Notes under the pieces: generated by a model
The model's input: the letters and a program-made list of their open reading frames with translations, nothing else
The model's database searches: none
Told to the model about the DNA's origin: nothing
Position numbers and translations under genes: made by a program
Shown: one piece after another, positions 20,018-28,223 of the stretch
Numbering within the stretch: the first letter of the stretch is position 1
Layout: every line of letters begins with the position of its first letter
IMG/VR virus record: IMGVR_UViG_3300032332_001510
Span: 1-64,000 of that record
Strand: one strand, 5' to 3'
DNA: 64,000 nt
DNA from: a virus
Taxonomy: Duplodnaviria > Caudoviricetes

Positions 20018-20646
20018 AGACCTTCCACAAATTCACACAAAAGTTCATTGTGACGACCACTATGCCAGCCTTCTAGTTCATCAAGATCATACCACCACTC
20101 TTCGCTTTCTGGATGACAGCCAATCAAACCTACACGATTTTGATAAACTGCCATTGCATCGCCATTGTCATAGGTAGCAACAATATCAGTAAAGGCTAAG
20201 TTACCAACAAAAGCACAACCATCGTAGAAATACATATCTTCTTCCTGACCATTCCAGTTTACGCGAGCAATGGTAGGCTCATCAGTAGTTACATCTGCAT
20301 CTAGTTGCGTAATATACTGTACTGGCTCAATGCCGTGAAGAATGTCAAAATAGTAGCTACCTGCCCAGTATGCTCCCATACAAATGCCTAAGTATCTGCC
20401 ACCATCGCTAACAAAGTTTCTAACTGCGTCAACGTGATCCGTATCAAAGATTTCGTCAAACTGGTCACTATCGCCAATGCCCCCAGGAAATGCTAGTACG
20501 TCTACGGTTGACAAAAATTTAGGGTCAAGGTCCTCAATGCCAAATAACTTTACTTTAAACTTGTGCTCTAGTGCAGCTTCCATAGCTAGTGCACACTCAA
20601 CTTCACACACAGGATCATGAACAAAAATAGCAACAGTTTCTTTCAT
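20014..20646 (-). CDS. class I glutamine amidotransferase-like (BPL_N-like) protein
   Basis: FPGG, GICMGAY nucleophile elbow, GCHPE triad motif. Confidence 0.75.
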   Translation of the reverse strand: MKETVAIFVHDPVCEVECALAMEAALEHKFKVKLFGIEDLDPKFLSTVDVLAFPGGIGDSDQFDEIFDTDHVDAVRNFVSDGGRYLGICMGAYWAGSYYFDILHGIEPVQYITQLDADVTTDEPTIARVNWNGQEEDMYFYDGCAFVGNLAFTDIVATYDNGDAMAVYQNRVGLIGCHPESEEWWYDLDELEGWHSGRHNELLCEFVEGL

Positions 20647-20696
20647 AATATTTCCTCAGTAGATATAATATATTATAGCAGATTAAATCAGTAAAA

Positions 20697-20984
20697 TCAA
20701 GTAGATTTTTCTAGTAACTGGCGTGCATAGGTTTCAATAATTTCATGACCCTCAGCAGTACTACAAATATCAAATAGTCCGTCTAGCAAACTATAAATGT
20801 TTTGTAGTGATGCAGGAATACTTACGCCCTCACGACTAGGAATCCACTCACCCTCATAGCTTAGAAAATATTTTCTAAGTTGTAGATAAGTAATTTCCTT
20901 AAAATCATTAACTACTAGTCTAATCTGAAAACCTTTGTCTAGATTTTCCTCTATTAGTTTTTCATATAGTATATTTGAGTCCAT
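20697..20984 (-). CDS. PC4-like ssDNA-binding/transcription coactivator
   Basis: YLQLRKYF..EGEWIPSREGVSIP motif. Confidence 0.75.
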   Translation of the reverse strand: MDSNILYEKLIEENLDKGFQIRLVVNDFKEITYLQLRKYFLSYEGEWIPSREGVSIPASLQNIYSLLDGLFDICSTAEGHEIIETYARQLLEKST

Positions 20985-21607
20985 TAGACTTTAACCCCTA
21001 GTTCGCGTAAATGTTTAAGGCTTGCTAATTCACACGCAGGTTGATACGCGCTTTGCAACCAACGTTCACTAAGAAGCCACACTCTGTAAATCCAACCATA
21101 GTCTGGGTGTGTTTGCTCTGCTTGTATTTTACACATGGAATCGTACCTGGCACTATATACCACTTCGCCTACAGCAAATTTATCCTGCATTGCGCCTTCA
21201 GGAATTAACTCAGGTTTAAAATAGTCTGGGCTGCTTTTACGAACAGGAACATTATACCGCTCTAATACTTGCTTAATAAGTTGCGTACCGCGGTAAGTAT
21301 TTTGACTAATTTCACTTATGGTTTCTCCGCTAAGATAGCTTTGAATTATAAATTGTACTTCGTCTAGTGTAACAGGCTTACCGCGTTTTTCAGCCCTGCG
21401 TTTAGCAGTCTTTTCTTTGCGATCTTTGTATGTTTGAATGATCTGATCAAGCCTGGTAGTATTATAGCTCATGCCCAAGATTTGACAAGCATCTTTTTTT
21501 GTAATAGGTTTAACGCCCTGCTCTTTGGGTTCAAGCAGATCAATGACTCGCTCAATATTAGCATCAGTCATACGTTCTTGTTCAAGCTCTGTGCGTTTAC
21601 GAGCCAT
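20984..21607 (-). CDS. T5-like HTH DNA-binding early protein
   Basis: TKKDACQILGMSYNTTRL and second HTH-like segment; T5 D2/D3-region synteny. Confidence 0.6.
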   Translation of the reverse strand: MARKRTELEQERMTDANIERVIDLLEPKEQGVKPITKKDACQILGMSYNTTRLDQIIQTYKDRKEKTAKRRAEKRGKPVTLDEVQFIIQSYLSGETISEISQNTYRGTQLIKQVLERYNVPVRKSSPDYFKPELIPEGAMQDKFAVGEVVYSARYDSMCKIQAEQTHPDYGWIYRVWLLSERWLQSAYQPACELASLKHLRELGVKV

Positions 21608-21651
21608 AATTACTCCACAAATAAGAAAAGGCAGCACTAGGCTGCCTGTTT

Positions 21652-22011
21652 TTATGCTTTAAGTACACTCAAAAAGTAAACTGCTGCTTTGCCAGTCAAC
21701 TTGCTTAGAATATCGTCATCTACTGGACCACCTTTAGCTTCAATTGCCGCTTTAAGATCAGCAATGCTAGACTCTTTGCTTACACGCTTAGGTGCATCAC
21801 CAGCAGGCTTTTTATCACCAGCGGGCTTAGCTGTGGCGTCTTTTTTAACATAAACACCTGCTTGAACCAAAACCATACGAACGCCGTTAGGCGAAGCTTC
21901 GATTTCTTCTGCAATGTCTTTGATAATTTCAGTACTGGATTCAGGCGTTGGCTCTGCCTCCTGATACATTTTAATTACATTAGCTTTGAGTTCGTCATTC
22001 CATTGTGTCAT
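21652..22011 (-). CDS. T5 D3-like DNA-binding protein
   Basis: W.DELK..VI..Y...PTPE..EI..A.E...SPNGVRM.L..AGVYVKK pattern; synteny. Confidence 0.6.
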   Translation of the reverse strand: MTQWNDELKANVIKMYQEAEPTPESSTEIIKDIAEEIEASPNGVRMVLVQAGVYVKKDATAKPAGDKKPAGDAPKRVSKESSIADLKAAIEAKGGPVDDDILSKLTGKAAVYFLSVLKA

Positions 22012-22020
22012 TATATTTCC

Positions 22021-22299
22021 TTAGATAAGTTCGGTAATTACATTGGTCATTTTACTGGGAGTAAACTGACGATAGTTATGTTTTAGATCGTGTTTAGCTA
22101 CAAGCTGCATTGTTTCTTCGTGTTGACGATTTTTTAATTCCCGCATTTCACGAGTAAATGCTTCAAATTCTACTTCAGGCAACTCACTAACATCAATACC
22201 TGCTACAAGTTGTGTAGGTTCTTGAGTGACAACTAGAGCACGCTCGCTTTGATCACCATTGGCTTTTGTGTACATAAATTGCATAAACTTCATTTGCAT
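22021..22299 (-). CDS. hypothetical protein
   Basis: 92-aa ORF with promoter at about 22324-22352. Confidence 0.6.
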   Translation of the reverse strand: MQMKFMQFMYTKANGDQSERALVVTQEPTQLVAGIDVSELPEVEFEAFTREMRELKNRQHEETMQLVAKHDLKHNYRQFTPSKMTNVITELI

Positions 22300-22353
22300 T
22301 CCTTTATTGCGACAGAAATAATATTATATCAATACTTGACTAAAGATTCAAGT

Positions 22354-22611
22354 TTATTTTTCTCTGACCGCTTTTGTAATGCCTAAAAATGCACCACTAA
22401 AAAGCGGCGGAAATACTAGCAACCAAACTACTGCTGGGGCCAGTACTGTGTTTACTATAAAAAAGATAAACAAACTTAGTAGTGGTGATCTAGTAAAATC
22501 GTTATCTATTCCATCCTTTCTAGCGTGTGCAATAATAGGCCAAAAAAGCTCATAAATAAGCGTTAGTGATGTTGCTAAGCAAAATATTGCGTAGTATTCA
22601 AATGCCCCCAT
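22354..22611 (-). CDS. 2-TM membrane protein
   Basis: Two hydrophobic helices. Confidence 0.65.
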   Translation of the reverse strand: MGAFEYYAIFCLATSLTLIYELFWPIIAHARKDGIDNDFTRSPLLSLFIFFIVNTVLAPAVVWLLVFPPLFSGAFLGITKAVREK

Positions 22612-22978
22612 GCAACCTATCCCCCAACTTAAAGCTAACTTTTAAATCGCCTAGAGTTTTAGGGTTAAAGGTTGAACGTAAACTAGCTAAAGTTTGATCA
22701 GCTATTTTTTGATTTGAACTAAAAATATCGTGTGGACAGCTACCACATACTTGTCGCATTAGCTGAGCAATCTTAATCTTTGTTTTATTCCAGGGGTTAG
22801 TTTTAGGAGTTTTTCTGCGATAAGTAATGTTTTTTATAGCTAACTCAATTTGTTTTGCATTGCCAGGATTTTTTTGTAATGCCCGCAACAATTTACGCTC
22901 ACGATTTGCTTTCCAAGTTTGTTTACTCTTGTAAAGATCGTACTGCGCTTGTTTACCCTTACTAGACGATTTCGCCAT
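22598..22978 (-). CDS. basic hypothetical protein
   Basis: Lys/Arg-rich 126-aa ORF in operon. Confidence 0.65.
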   Translation of the reverse strand: MAKSSSKGKQAQYDLYKSKQTWKANRERKLLRALQKNPGNAKQIELAIKNITYRRKTPKTNPWNKTKIKIAQLMRQVCGSCPHDIFSSNQKIADQTLASLRSTFNPKTLGDLKVSFKLGDRLHGGI

Positions 22979-23237
22979 AATTATATAGTCCAGTTATTAT
23001 ATAGTAATCATTATTGGTGTGTTTTGTAATCCTAACACAACCTGCTTCTTCTAAGTACTCTAAAAAGTTAAATGCACTTGTATAAGTTTTTAAATTAATG
23101 CCATATTTTAGCAATACTTGATTGACTTCAAACAGGTAGTCAAGAGTAATATCTTGACTACCAGTACCTAGTTCAAATAACAGTTCCTTGATAGGATTAT
23201 CAATCTTCAAAGATAATGGACTCTTCGTGGTCGTCAT
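22962..23237 (-). CDS. hypothetical protein
   Basis: ORF overlapping its neighbours in operon fashion. Confidence 0.55.
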   Translation of the reverse strand: MTTTKSPLSLKIDNPIKELLFELGTGSQDITLDYLFEVNQVLLKYGINLKTYTSAFNFLEYLEEAGCVRITKHTNNDYYIITGLYNYGEIV

Positions 23238-23511
23238 TTTCTAGATTTGCTTTTAGTTCTTCGGCTTCTTCAAGTTGATGGTGAATACCATAGCAACGTT
23301 GAAGTGCTTCAATAAATGCAGGAACAGATTCAATGTCAATAGGAACGCTACGCTCACAACCATCAAAAACCCTGACTTCGTTAAGACCGCCTGGATTGCT
23401 ACCAAACTCTACACCATAGTAAAAGTAGTAATCTGGCTCGCTAGAGGTATAAAACATACCGTCATCATCAAGTACTGTGTCTCGTTCTTGTGATCCAAAA
23501 TAAATTTTCAT
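23200..23511 (-). CDS. acidic hypothetical protein
   Basis: Start MKIYFG downstream of a sigma70-like promoter (about 23550-23580). Confidence 0.6.
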   Translation of the reverse strand: MKIYFGSQERDTVLDDDGMFYTSSEPDYYFYYGVEFGSNPGGLNEVRVFDGCERSVPIDIESVPAFIEALQRCYGIHHQLEEAEELKANLENDDHEESIIFED

Positions 23512-23596
23512 GTGCTTGGTCCTTTTTAAAAACAATTTTCGAGAACAAATATTATAGCAAATTAAATTGTGTTTTTCAAGAAAATAATTTTTGTGG

Positions 23597-23670
23597 TGGC
23601 AGGGATACTAGGGCTCGAACCTAGAATAACGAAATCAAAATCCGTGGTGTTACCATTACACTATATCCCA
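23597..23670 (-). tRNA. tRNA-Gln(UUG)
   Basis: Cloverleaf TGGGATA...TATCCCT-GCCA; anticodon loop TTTTGAT; T-loop GTTCGAG. Confidence 0.93.
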
Positions 23671-23675
23671 ACATT

Positions 23676-23750
23676 TGGCTCCCCAGCGTGGGATCGAACC
23701 ACGGACCAACAGATTAACAGTCTGCTGCTCTACCGCTGAGCTACTAGGGA
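23676..23750 (-). tRNA. tRNA-Asn(GUU)
   Basis: TCCCTAGTAGCTCAGCGGTAGAGC...CTGTTAA...GGTTCGATCC...GGGGAGCCA. Confidence 0.96.
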
Positions 23751-23754
23751 ATTT

Positions 23755-23831
<77 letters not shown>

Positions 23832-23835
23832 AGAA

Positions 23836-23877
23836 TAAAAAGTCCCCAGCAGTGCTCATCAGCACACATCTGGGGAC
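23836..23877 (-). terminator. intrinsic terminator
   Basis: GTCCCCAG...CTGGGGAC-TTTTT on the - strand. Confidence 0.7.
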
Positions 23878-23883
23878 ACAAAC

Positions 23884-24477
23884 TTAATCGTCGTTGCTGT
23901 CGTCTAGTTCCATAAATACGTCTACTAAAACATCTCGGTATGGTTGATCAACCATGTGCAAGTCTAGCAAGTAAGTATCTAGGTGACAATTGCGTAATAG
24001 CTGAGCATGATACATAAATTGACCATAAGCTTCTAAGTCTTGACTAATACTTTGATTGGCATAGTCTTCAATAGCTTGTGCAACCATGTCTAGTAGTGGT
24101 TCTGGCATTTGAGATTTAGTAGCGACTCTAACTAATTTTAGGGCTTTGCCTTCACGATCACGCATAATCTGATTACGTTTAGCTTCTGCCCAAGTCTGGC
24201 CCCCGTCACCGCCCCATAAATCCCAAGCTACTCGGCCTTTGCTAGGAAATCCCTCTTCACCACTGTTAAATCCTGTGGCACGCTTGTCAACTTCATGACG
24301 ACTAAAAAAGCTATGCATTCGCAATACAACACTAGCACTTAGTGGCTCACGATTTTTAAGTTGATTGGCACGAGCCAAGCCTACCAGCGTACCACCCGGG
24401 TTGCCTTCCTCATGCCACACTAATGCACGTTTAGCCGCACTTGCCATGCCGCTAGTGGGAGTATAAGTTTCTGCCAT
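23884..24477 (-). CDS. conserved phage protein of unknown function
   Basis: N-terminal GGT.VG.ARA.QL...RM.SFF.RHE..GFPS.GRVAW.LWGGD.G..W domain recognised from phage head-associated proteins. Confidence 0.65.
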   Translation of the reverse strand: MAETYTPTSGMASAAKRALVWHEEGNPGGTLVGLARANQLKNREPLSASVVLRMHSFFSRHEVDKRATGFNSGEEGFPSKGRVAWDLWGGDGGQTWAEAKRNQIMRDREGKALKLVRVATKSQMPEPLLDMVAQAIEDYANQSISQDLEAYGQFMYHAQLLRNCHLDTYLLDLHMVDQPYRDVLVDVFMELDDSNDD

Positions 24478-24485
24478 AATAACCT

Positions 24486-25049
24486 CTATGGATTAGCTAG
24501 GAAAAATGCAAAGGCAAATCCCAGCGGTGTCATTGATCGTAATTCTTTAGTCTTTTCCGATTTACCACCCAACTTCATTATCCACGAATTAGGGTCAGGC
24601 TCGACTGGACACTTAGGCAAATCACGATTAAACTTGCCCCATAATCCAGTTTTCTTGGTATAGGCATCACCAAACCAGTGTGGCTGAAAATACCAGGGTT
24701 CACCTAATTCAGGACGCAATTTATGCAGTCTGCCAACTGGATTTTCCAATGCCCAAAATTGTGGGTTGTAGTAGTCTACCATTTGCAAAACTTTGTCTAC
24801 TAGCTTTAAGCTTTGGTCAGTTCTGCCGTCTAGGTCTTTTTGTTTCCAGTATTGTGCACCACTGCCTGCAAAGTCTGTACATGGCGGAGCAGCTAAGATG
24901 CCGTGTATTTGATTGGGTAAATCTCTGGCTGATAGCTCTAGTATGTCAATACCGTATTTAATATCTACTTGTAGAACATTGTAACCGGCTTCTTTGTAAT
25001 ATTTAGGCCAATTACCGCTGTAGTCGAACAATGACAAAATCGTTTTCAT
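24486..25049 (-). CDS. small C5-cytosine DNA methyltransferase
   Basis: PPC catalytic motif IV, ENPVG motif VI, degenerate motif I (LSLFDYSG). Confidence 0.8.
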   Translation of the reverse strand: MKTILSLFDYSGNWPKYYKEAGYNVLQVDIKYGIDILELSARDLPNQIHGILAAPPCTDFAGSGAQYWKQKDLDGRTDQSLKLVDKVLQMVDYYNPQFWALENPVGRLHKLRPELGEPWYFQPHWFGDAYTKKTGLWGKFNRDLPKCPVEPDPNSWIMKLGGKSEKTKELRSMTPLGFAFAFFLANP

Positions 25050-25191
25050 AATATAGTCTCTGCATTACGTCAAGTCGTTGTTCGTCTGTATAGACTTGCC
25101 AGTCTGTGATTTCTTGCACTGTTCTGTGACAACCTACACATTGCTGTAGTTTAGGGTCAATTCGGCAAATTTGCTGACAAGGAGTCATCAT
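25012..25191 (-). CDS. DUF1289-like Cys-rich (Fe-S) protein
   Basis: TPCQQICRID....CVGCHRT..EI..W pattern. Confidence 0.8.
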   Translation of the reverse strand: MMTPCQQICRIDPKLQQCVGCHRTVQEITDWQVYTDEQRLDVMQRLYYENDFVIVRLQR

Positions 25192-25762
25192 GTTCTTTAC
25201 GCTTAGCCTCACAAAGTGTTTCTACACGATTGCTTACTTCTTCACTGTGTAACCACAAGTCTTTGTTTTCTAGCAAGCTGTCAATTTCCTTGCTAGTTAA
25301 AAAATCTTTGTAAATGTGTTGTAGGAATTGTCTAGACCACTCACGTTCAAAAACTGCTTGATCATAGATTTCACCACCCTTACCAAAGATTCCACCACTG
25401 TAGTTGTGAAACATAAATAAACTATGTGGAGTTACCTCAAACACATCGGCACATAAAAAGATCATTGTAGCAGCACTCATACAGCTGCCTTCAACACTAC
25501 ATACTACAGTAGCCGGTGTTTCAGCAAGTACGCGCATAAATTGTATTGCAGTGTTTAGGTCACCACCGCAACTATTGATATAAATTTTTACTACGTCTTG
25601 GTCACTAGCACTACGAATAGTATTAAACCATTCAATGTAATCCTCAGGACCAGTAATTAAACCACTTAAGTAAAATTCGTAAAGTGCACTAGTACATTTA
25701 CGAAACCCACGACTAATACCAGTGTCGAGGACAAAATCATCATCTGTTGCGTTTTTAGTCAT
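25157..25762 (-). CDS. clpP: ClpP-like serine protease
   Basis: YINSCGGD, GSCMSAA (Ser), MFHNYS (His), DLWL motifs. Confidence 0.85.
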   Translation of the reverse strand: MTKNATDDDFVLDTGISRGFRKCTSALYEFYLSGLITGPEDYIEWFNTIRSASDQDVVKIYINSCGGDLNTAIQFMRVLAETPATVVCSVEGSCMSAATMIFLCADVFEVTPHSLFMFHNYSGGIFGKGGEIYDQAVFEREWSRQFLQHIYKDFLTSKEIDSLLENKDLWLHSEEVSNRVETLCEAKRKEHDDSLSANLPN

Positions 25763-25774
25763 AGGAGTATTGTA

Positions 25775-25807
25775 TAAAAAAGCCCCCCTTGGTTACAAGG
25801 CGGGGGC
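25775..25807 (-). terminator. terminator at the 3' end of the tmRNA coding piece
   Basis: GCCCCCGCCTTGTAACCAAGGGGGGC-TTTTTT. Confidence 0.8.
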
Positions 25808-26075
25808 AGACCTCGGCACTAGCTTAAGCGGCTAGGGCAAATACCTCATCGTTGGCATTTATATAGTTTGCTTCTTTTGCGGAGATCGCCTACCGAGTTG
25901 TCCACTTGCATACTTATCACACTGTCGAAACCATGACTGGCCCATCAAAAGCACACCACACTTACAGAGGTAACACGTACCATGGCTATGCATCGCCTTA
26001 GTGTGCTTTTGGTGGACCAGGTGGGAGTCGAACCCACGTCCAGCGCGCCTTTCGGCTCGTTTCATACAACCATAT
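25780..26075 (-). ncRNA. ssrA: circularly permuted (two-piece) tmRNA: acceptor piece about 26075-26010, intervening segment 26009-25944, coding piece 25943 to about 25780
   Basis: T-arm GTGGGTTCGACTCCCAC then CTGGTCC-ACCA lies upstream of the GGGCCAG 5' end; stem has the G3-U70 Ala determinant; tag ORF 25856-25824 encodes ANDEVFALAA*. Confidence 0.93.
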
Positions 26076-26158
26076 AAAAATACTCTAGTTTGGATTCAAA
26101 CCTTGTCCTAGTATTGTCTACTTGCGTGTCTCACCACACCGACCAGAATATTTTTATA

Positions 26159-26232
26159 TGGTGCCCCTTGACAGAATCGAACTGCCAATTGATGATTACA
26201 AATCAACTGTTATACCATTTAACTAAAAGGGC
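26159..26232 (-). tRNA. tRNA-Thr(UGU)
   Basis: GCCCTTT...AAGGGGC-ACCA; anticodon loop TTTGTAA; GTTCGAT T-loop. Confidence 0.92.
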
Positions 26233-26239
26233 TACCCGT

Positions 26240-26455
26240 TTACAACTGTTTGCTGTGAACCAAGTCCTCAAACATTTTTTGAAGAATCTCAAACTTGACC
26301 TGGTACATCGTAAACAGACCAAGCAGGAGATTCTGCATTTCGTCTTCTGTTGTTTCGCGCAAGTCTTGGAGATGGTAGATGGTTTTAATATCATCTACCA
26401 CACCCCAGCAGTTCATCATTTGTTGCTCAAAATCAAATCGATTTGGTTTTTGCAT
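26240..26455 (-). CDS. hypothetical protein
   Basis: 71-aa ORF downstream of TTGAAA-17-TATAAT (26518-26490). Confidence 0.65.
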   Translation of the reverse strand: MQKPNRFDFEQQMMNCWGVVDDIKTIYHLQDLRETTEDEMQNLLLGLFTMYQVKFEILQKMFEDLVHSKQL

Positions 26456-26533
26456 AATTTTGTTTTGTGAAATTTCCCAGTGAATAAGTATTATACCCTA
26501 ATCATTAGCAAATTTCAAGACAAAAATTTTTGG

Positions 26534-26725
26534 CTATTTGCAGTTTGGTAATTCGCAGATTTTTGTAATTAGGTGCGCACGATCAGTTAAAAATGTGCGA
26601 TAACTTTGTCCGCCATTTTTAACAAAACTAGTAGCCGATTCAATTAAATCGTCTAGGGATTCTACTGCACTTGCAATTGCAGTAGCTTGTGTAGGATTTA
26701 AGGTAGATAGGTCGTAATTAAACAT
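26534..26725 (-). CDS. hypothetical protein
   Basis: 63-aa ORF ending the collagen cassette operon. Confidence 0.55.
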   Translation of the reverse strand: MFNYDLSTLNPTQATAIASAVESLDDLIESATSFVKNGGQSYRTFLTDRAHLITKICELPNCK

Positions 26726-26731
26726 TTTTGA

Positions 26732-27223
26732 TTAAAGAGATAGTAGGGTATCAGAACTATTTGTAGCAATAGACTGCCATTCAGTGCCGTCAAATATAAG
26801 CATTAAGGATTTATTAGTGCTTAATTTTTGTGAACTAGATCCGTCTATTTTTTGGCTAGCAGTACCAGTTACGGTAATTTCGCCATTTTCTTGATTTTTT
26901 ACAACATATACTTTACCAGTTACACCTTTAGGAAGTGTTACGGTAATTTCTTTTTTAATTGCGCCAATATAGTAATCATTGGCAGTAGGTGTATAATTTG
27001 CTGTAATTATTTTTACTGCAAATAAATCGCTACTATTAGTAGCACTTAATACTCCTTGTGGAGTAATTGATAGGCCACTACCTATTTGTACAACACCTAG
27101 TTGTGCAGTAGTGGCAACATCAGCATCTAATACAACAGGAATTATAGCCTGTGTTGAAGGAGCGGGCGTTTGTTTAAGCGCCCGTCCTGCAAGAGTAGAT
27201 GCTGGGGGTCTGGTATAACTCAT
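26732..27223 (-). CDS. fibre-like beta-domain protein (cassette gene 5)
   Basis: ATTAQLGVVQIGSGLSIT fibre repeat plus C-terminal DYYIG..ITVTLP.G..GKVY..IDG..FDGTEW domain. Confidence 0.7.
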   Translation of the reverse strand: MSYTRPPASTLAGRALKQTPAPSTQAIIPVVLDADVATTAQLGVVQIGSGLSITPQGVLSATNSSDLFAVKIITANYTPTANDYYIGAIKKEITVTLPKGVTGKVYVVKNQENGEITVTGTASQKIDGSSSQKLSTNKSLMLIFDGTEWQSIATNSSDTLLSL

Positions 27224-27239
27224 ACTAACCCCCGGTTAA

Positions 27240-27644
27240 TTAAACTGCGTTCCAGTTTGTTCCGCGGAAAATTAGCGTTACACTACCAGCAGTAGCTGCT
27301 AAAATTGAAAAGTTTGCTGCATTTTCAATTGTTTGTGCACCGTTAGGCACAATTGTAATGTCACTAGTATTAGTAGCCTCAGATTTAATTACCACTTCAC
27401 GACCATCTACGCCAGCCGTAAGATTAATGGTAATACCAGCACCAGTTCCTACAACACCAAGATAGTAGTTAGGTGTTGGGCCAGCACTGTCCAAGGTATA
27501 GGGACTAGCTGCGTTGTTTACTAGGTGAGTATTTACTTGACCATTAGGTGCAACCGAAATTACACCATTGGTTACTGAAATACCTGTACCGATTTCAACC
27601 ACACCATACGTGGTGGGCGATGCTAAGGGAGAATTAAAAGCCAT
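27240..27644 (-). CDS. fibre-like beta-domain protein (cassette gene 4)
   Basis: Same N-terminal repeat and paralogous C-terminal domain as 26732-27223. Confidence 0.7.
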   Translation of the reverse strand: MAFNSPLASPTTYGVVEIGTGISVTNGVISVAPNGQVNTHLVNNAASPYTLDSAGPTPNYYLGVVGTGAGITINLTAGVDGREVVIKSEATNTSDITIVPNGAQTIENAANFSILAATAGSVTLIFRGTNWNAV

Positions 27645-27668
27645 TTTATTATCCTTATTATTAGGCTA

Positions 27669-28223
27669 TTATAACTGAATGATAGTGCATCTAACACTAG
27701 GTGTTACAGGCCGTACAGGAGCTGCTTGTACGGGAACTGTTAGTAATCGCATAGCAGTATCTGCACTAGACCATGCTATTTGCATTTGATCTCCTGCAGT
27801 TAATGCTAAGGTAAAGTTCCAGTTTGCTACTAGCACACCAATAGTACCAATCACAACACTTTGTGAGTTTGTATCTGGATAATTTACACCGTTACGTCGT
27901 AACCAAAAATCTATTAAGTCATTGCCACCGTCTGTTTTATCAACCTGCGCAGTAAATTGAAAATTATAGTTAGCGGTTTTGCTAACAGTAATTTGAGTTC
28001 CGGCCACAAGTGTAATGCCTACGTTGATGGCTGCGTTATTAAATGTTACAATATTTTGTGTATTAGCTACAGGATTTGTTTGCGTTTGTGTACTATAAAA
28101 ATATGCTTGATTAAATAATCCAACGGGCTGATTTGATACTACACCATCGGTAACTTGCAGACCACTACCAACACGCATTGCACCATAGCTAGTAGTAGTT
28201 GCTAGTGGCTGATTGTAACTCAT
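27669..28223 (-). CDS. C1q/BclA-C-like jelly-roll protein with fibre repeat (cassette gene 3)
   Basis: ATTTSYGAMRVGSGLQVT repeat; alternating beta pattern (YNFQFTAQV, FWLRRNG, LALTAGDQM). Confidence 0.6.
   Translation of the reverse strand: MSYNQPLATTTSYGAMRVGSGLQVTDGVVSNQPVGLFNQAYFYSTQTQTNPVANTQNIVTFNNAAINVGITLVAGTQITVSKTANYNFQFTAQVDKTDGGNDLIDFWLRRNGVNYPDTNSQSVVIGTIGVLVANWNFTLALTAGDQMQIAWSSADTAMRLLTVPVQAAPVRPVTPSVRCTIIQL

Noticed and set aside
23846-23870. CTGATGAG on the - strand, suggesting a hammerhead ribozyme core
   Set aside because: It is the loop region of a simple GTGCT/AGCAC hairpin inside a terminator; no GAAA or stem III/NUH site follows
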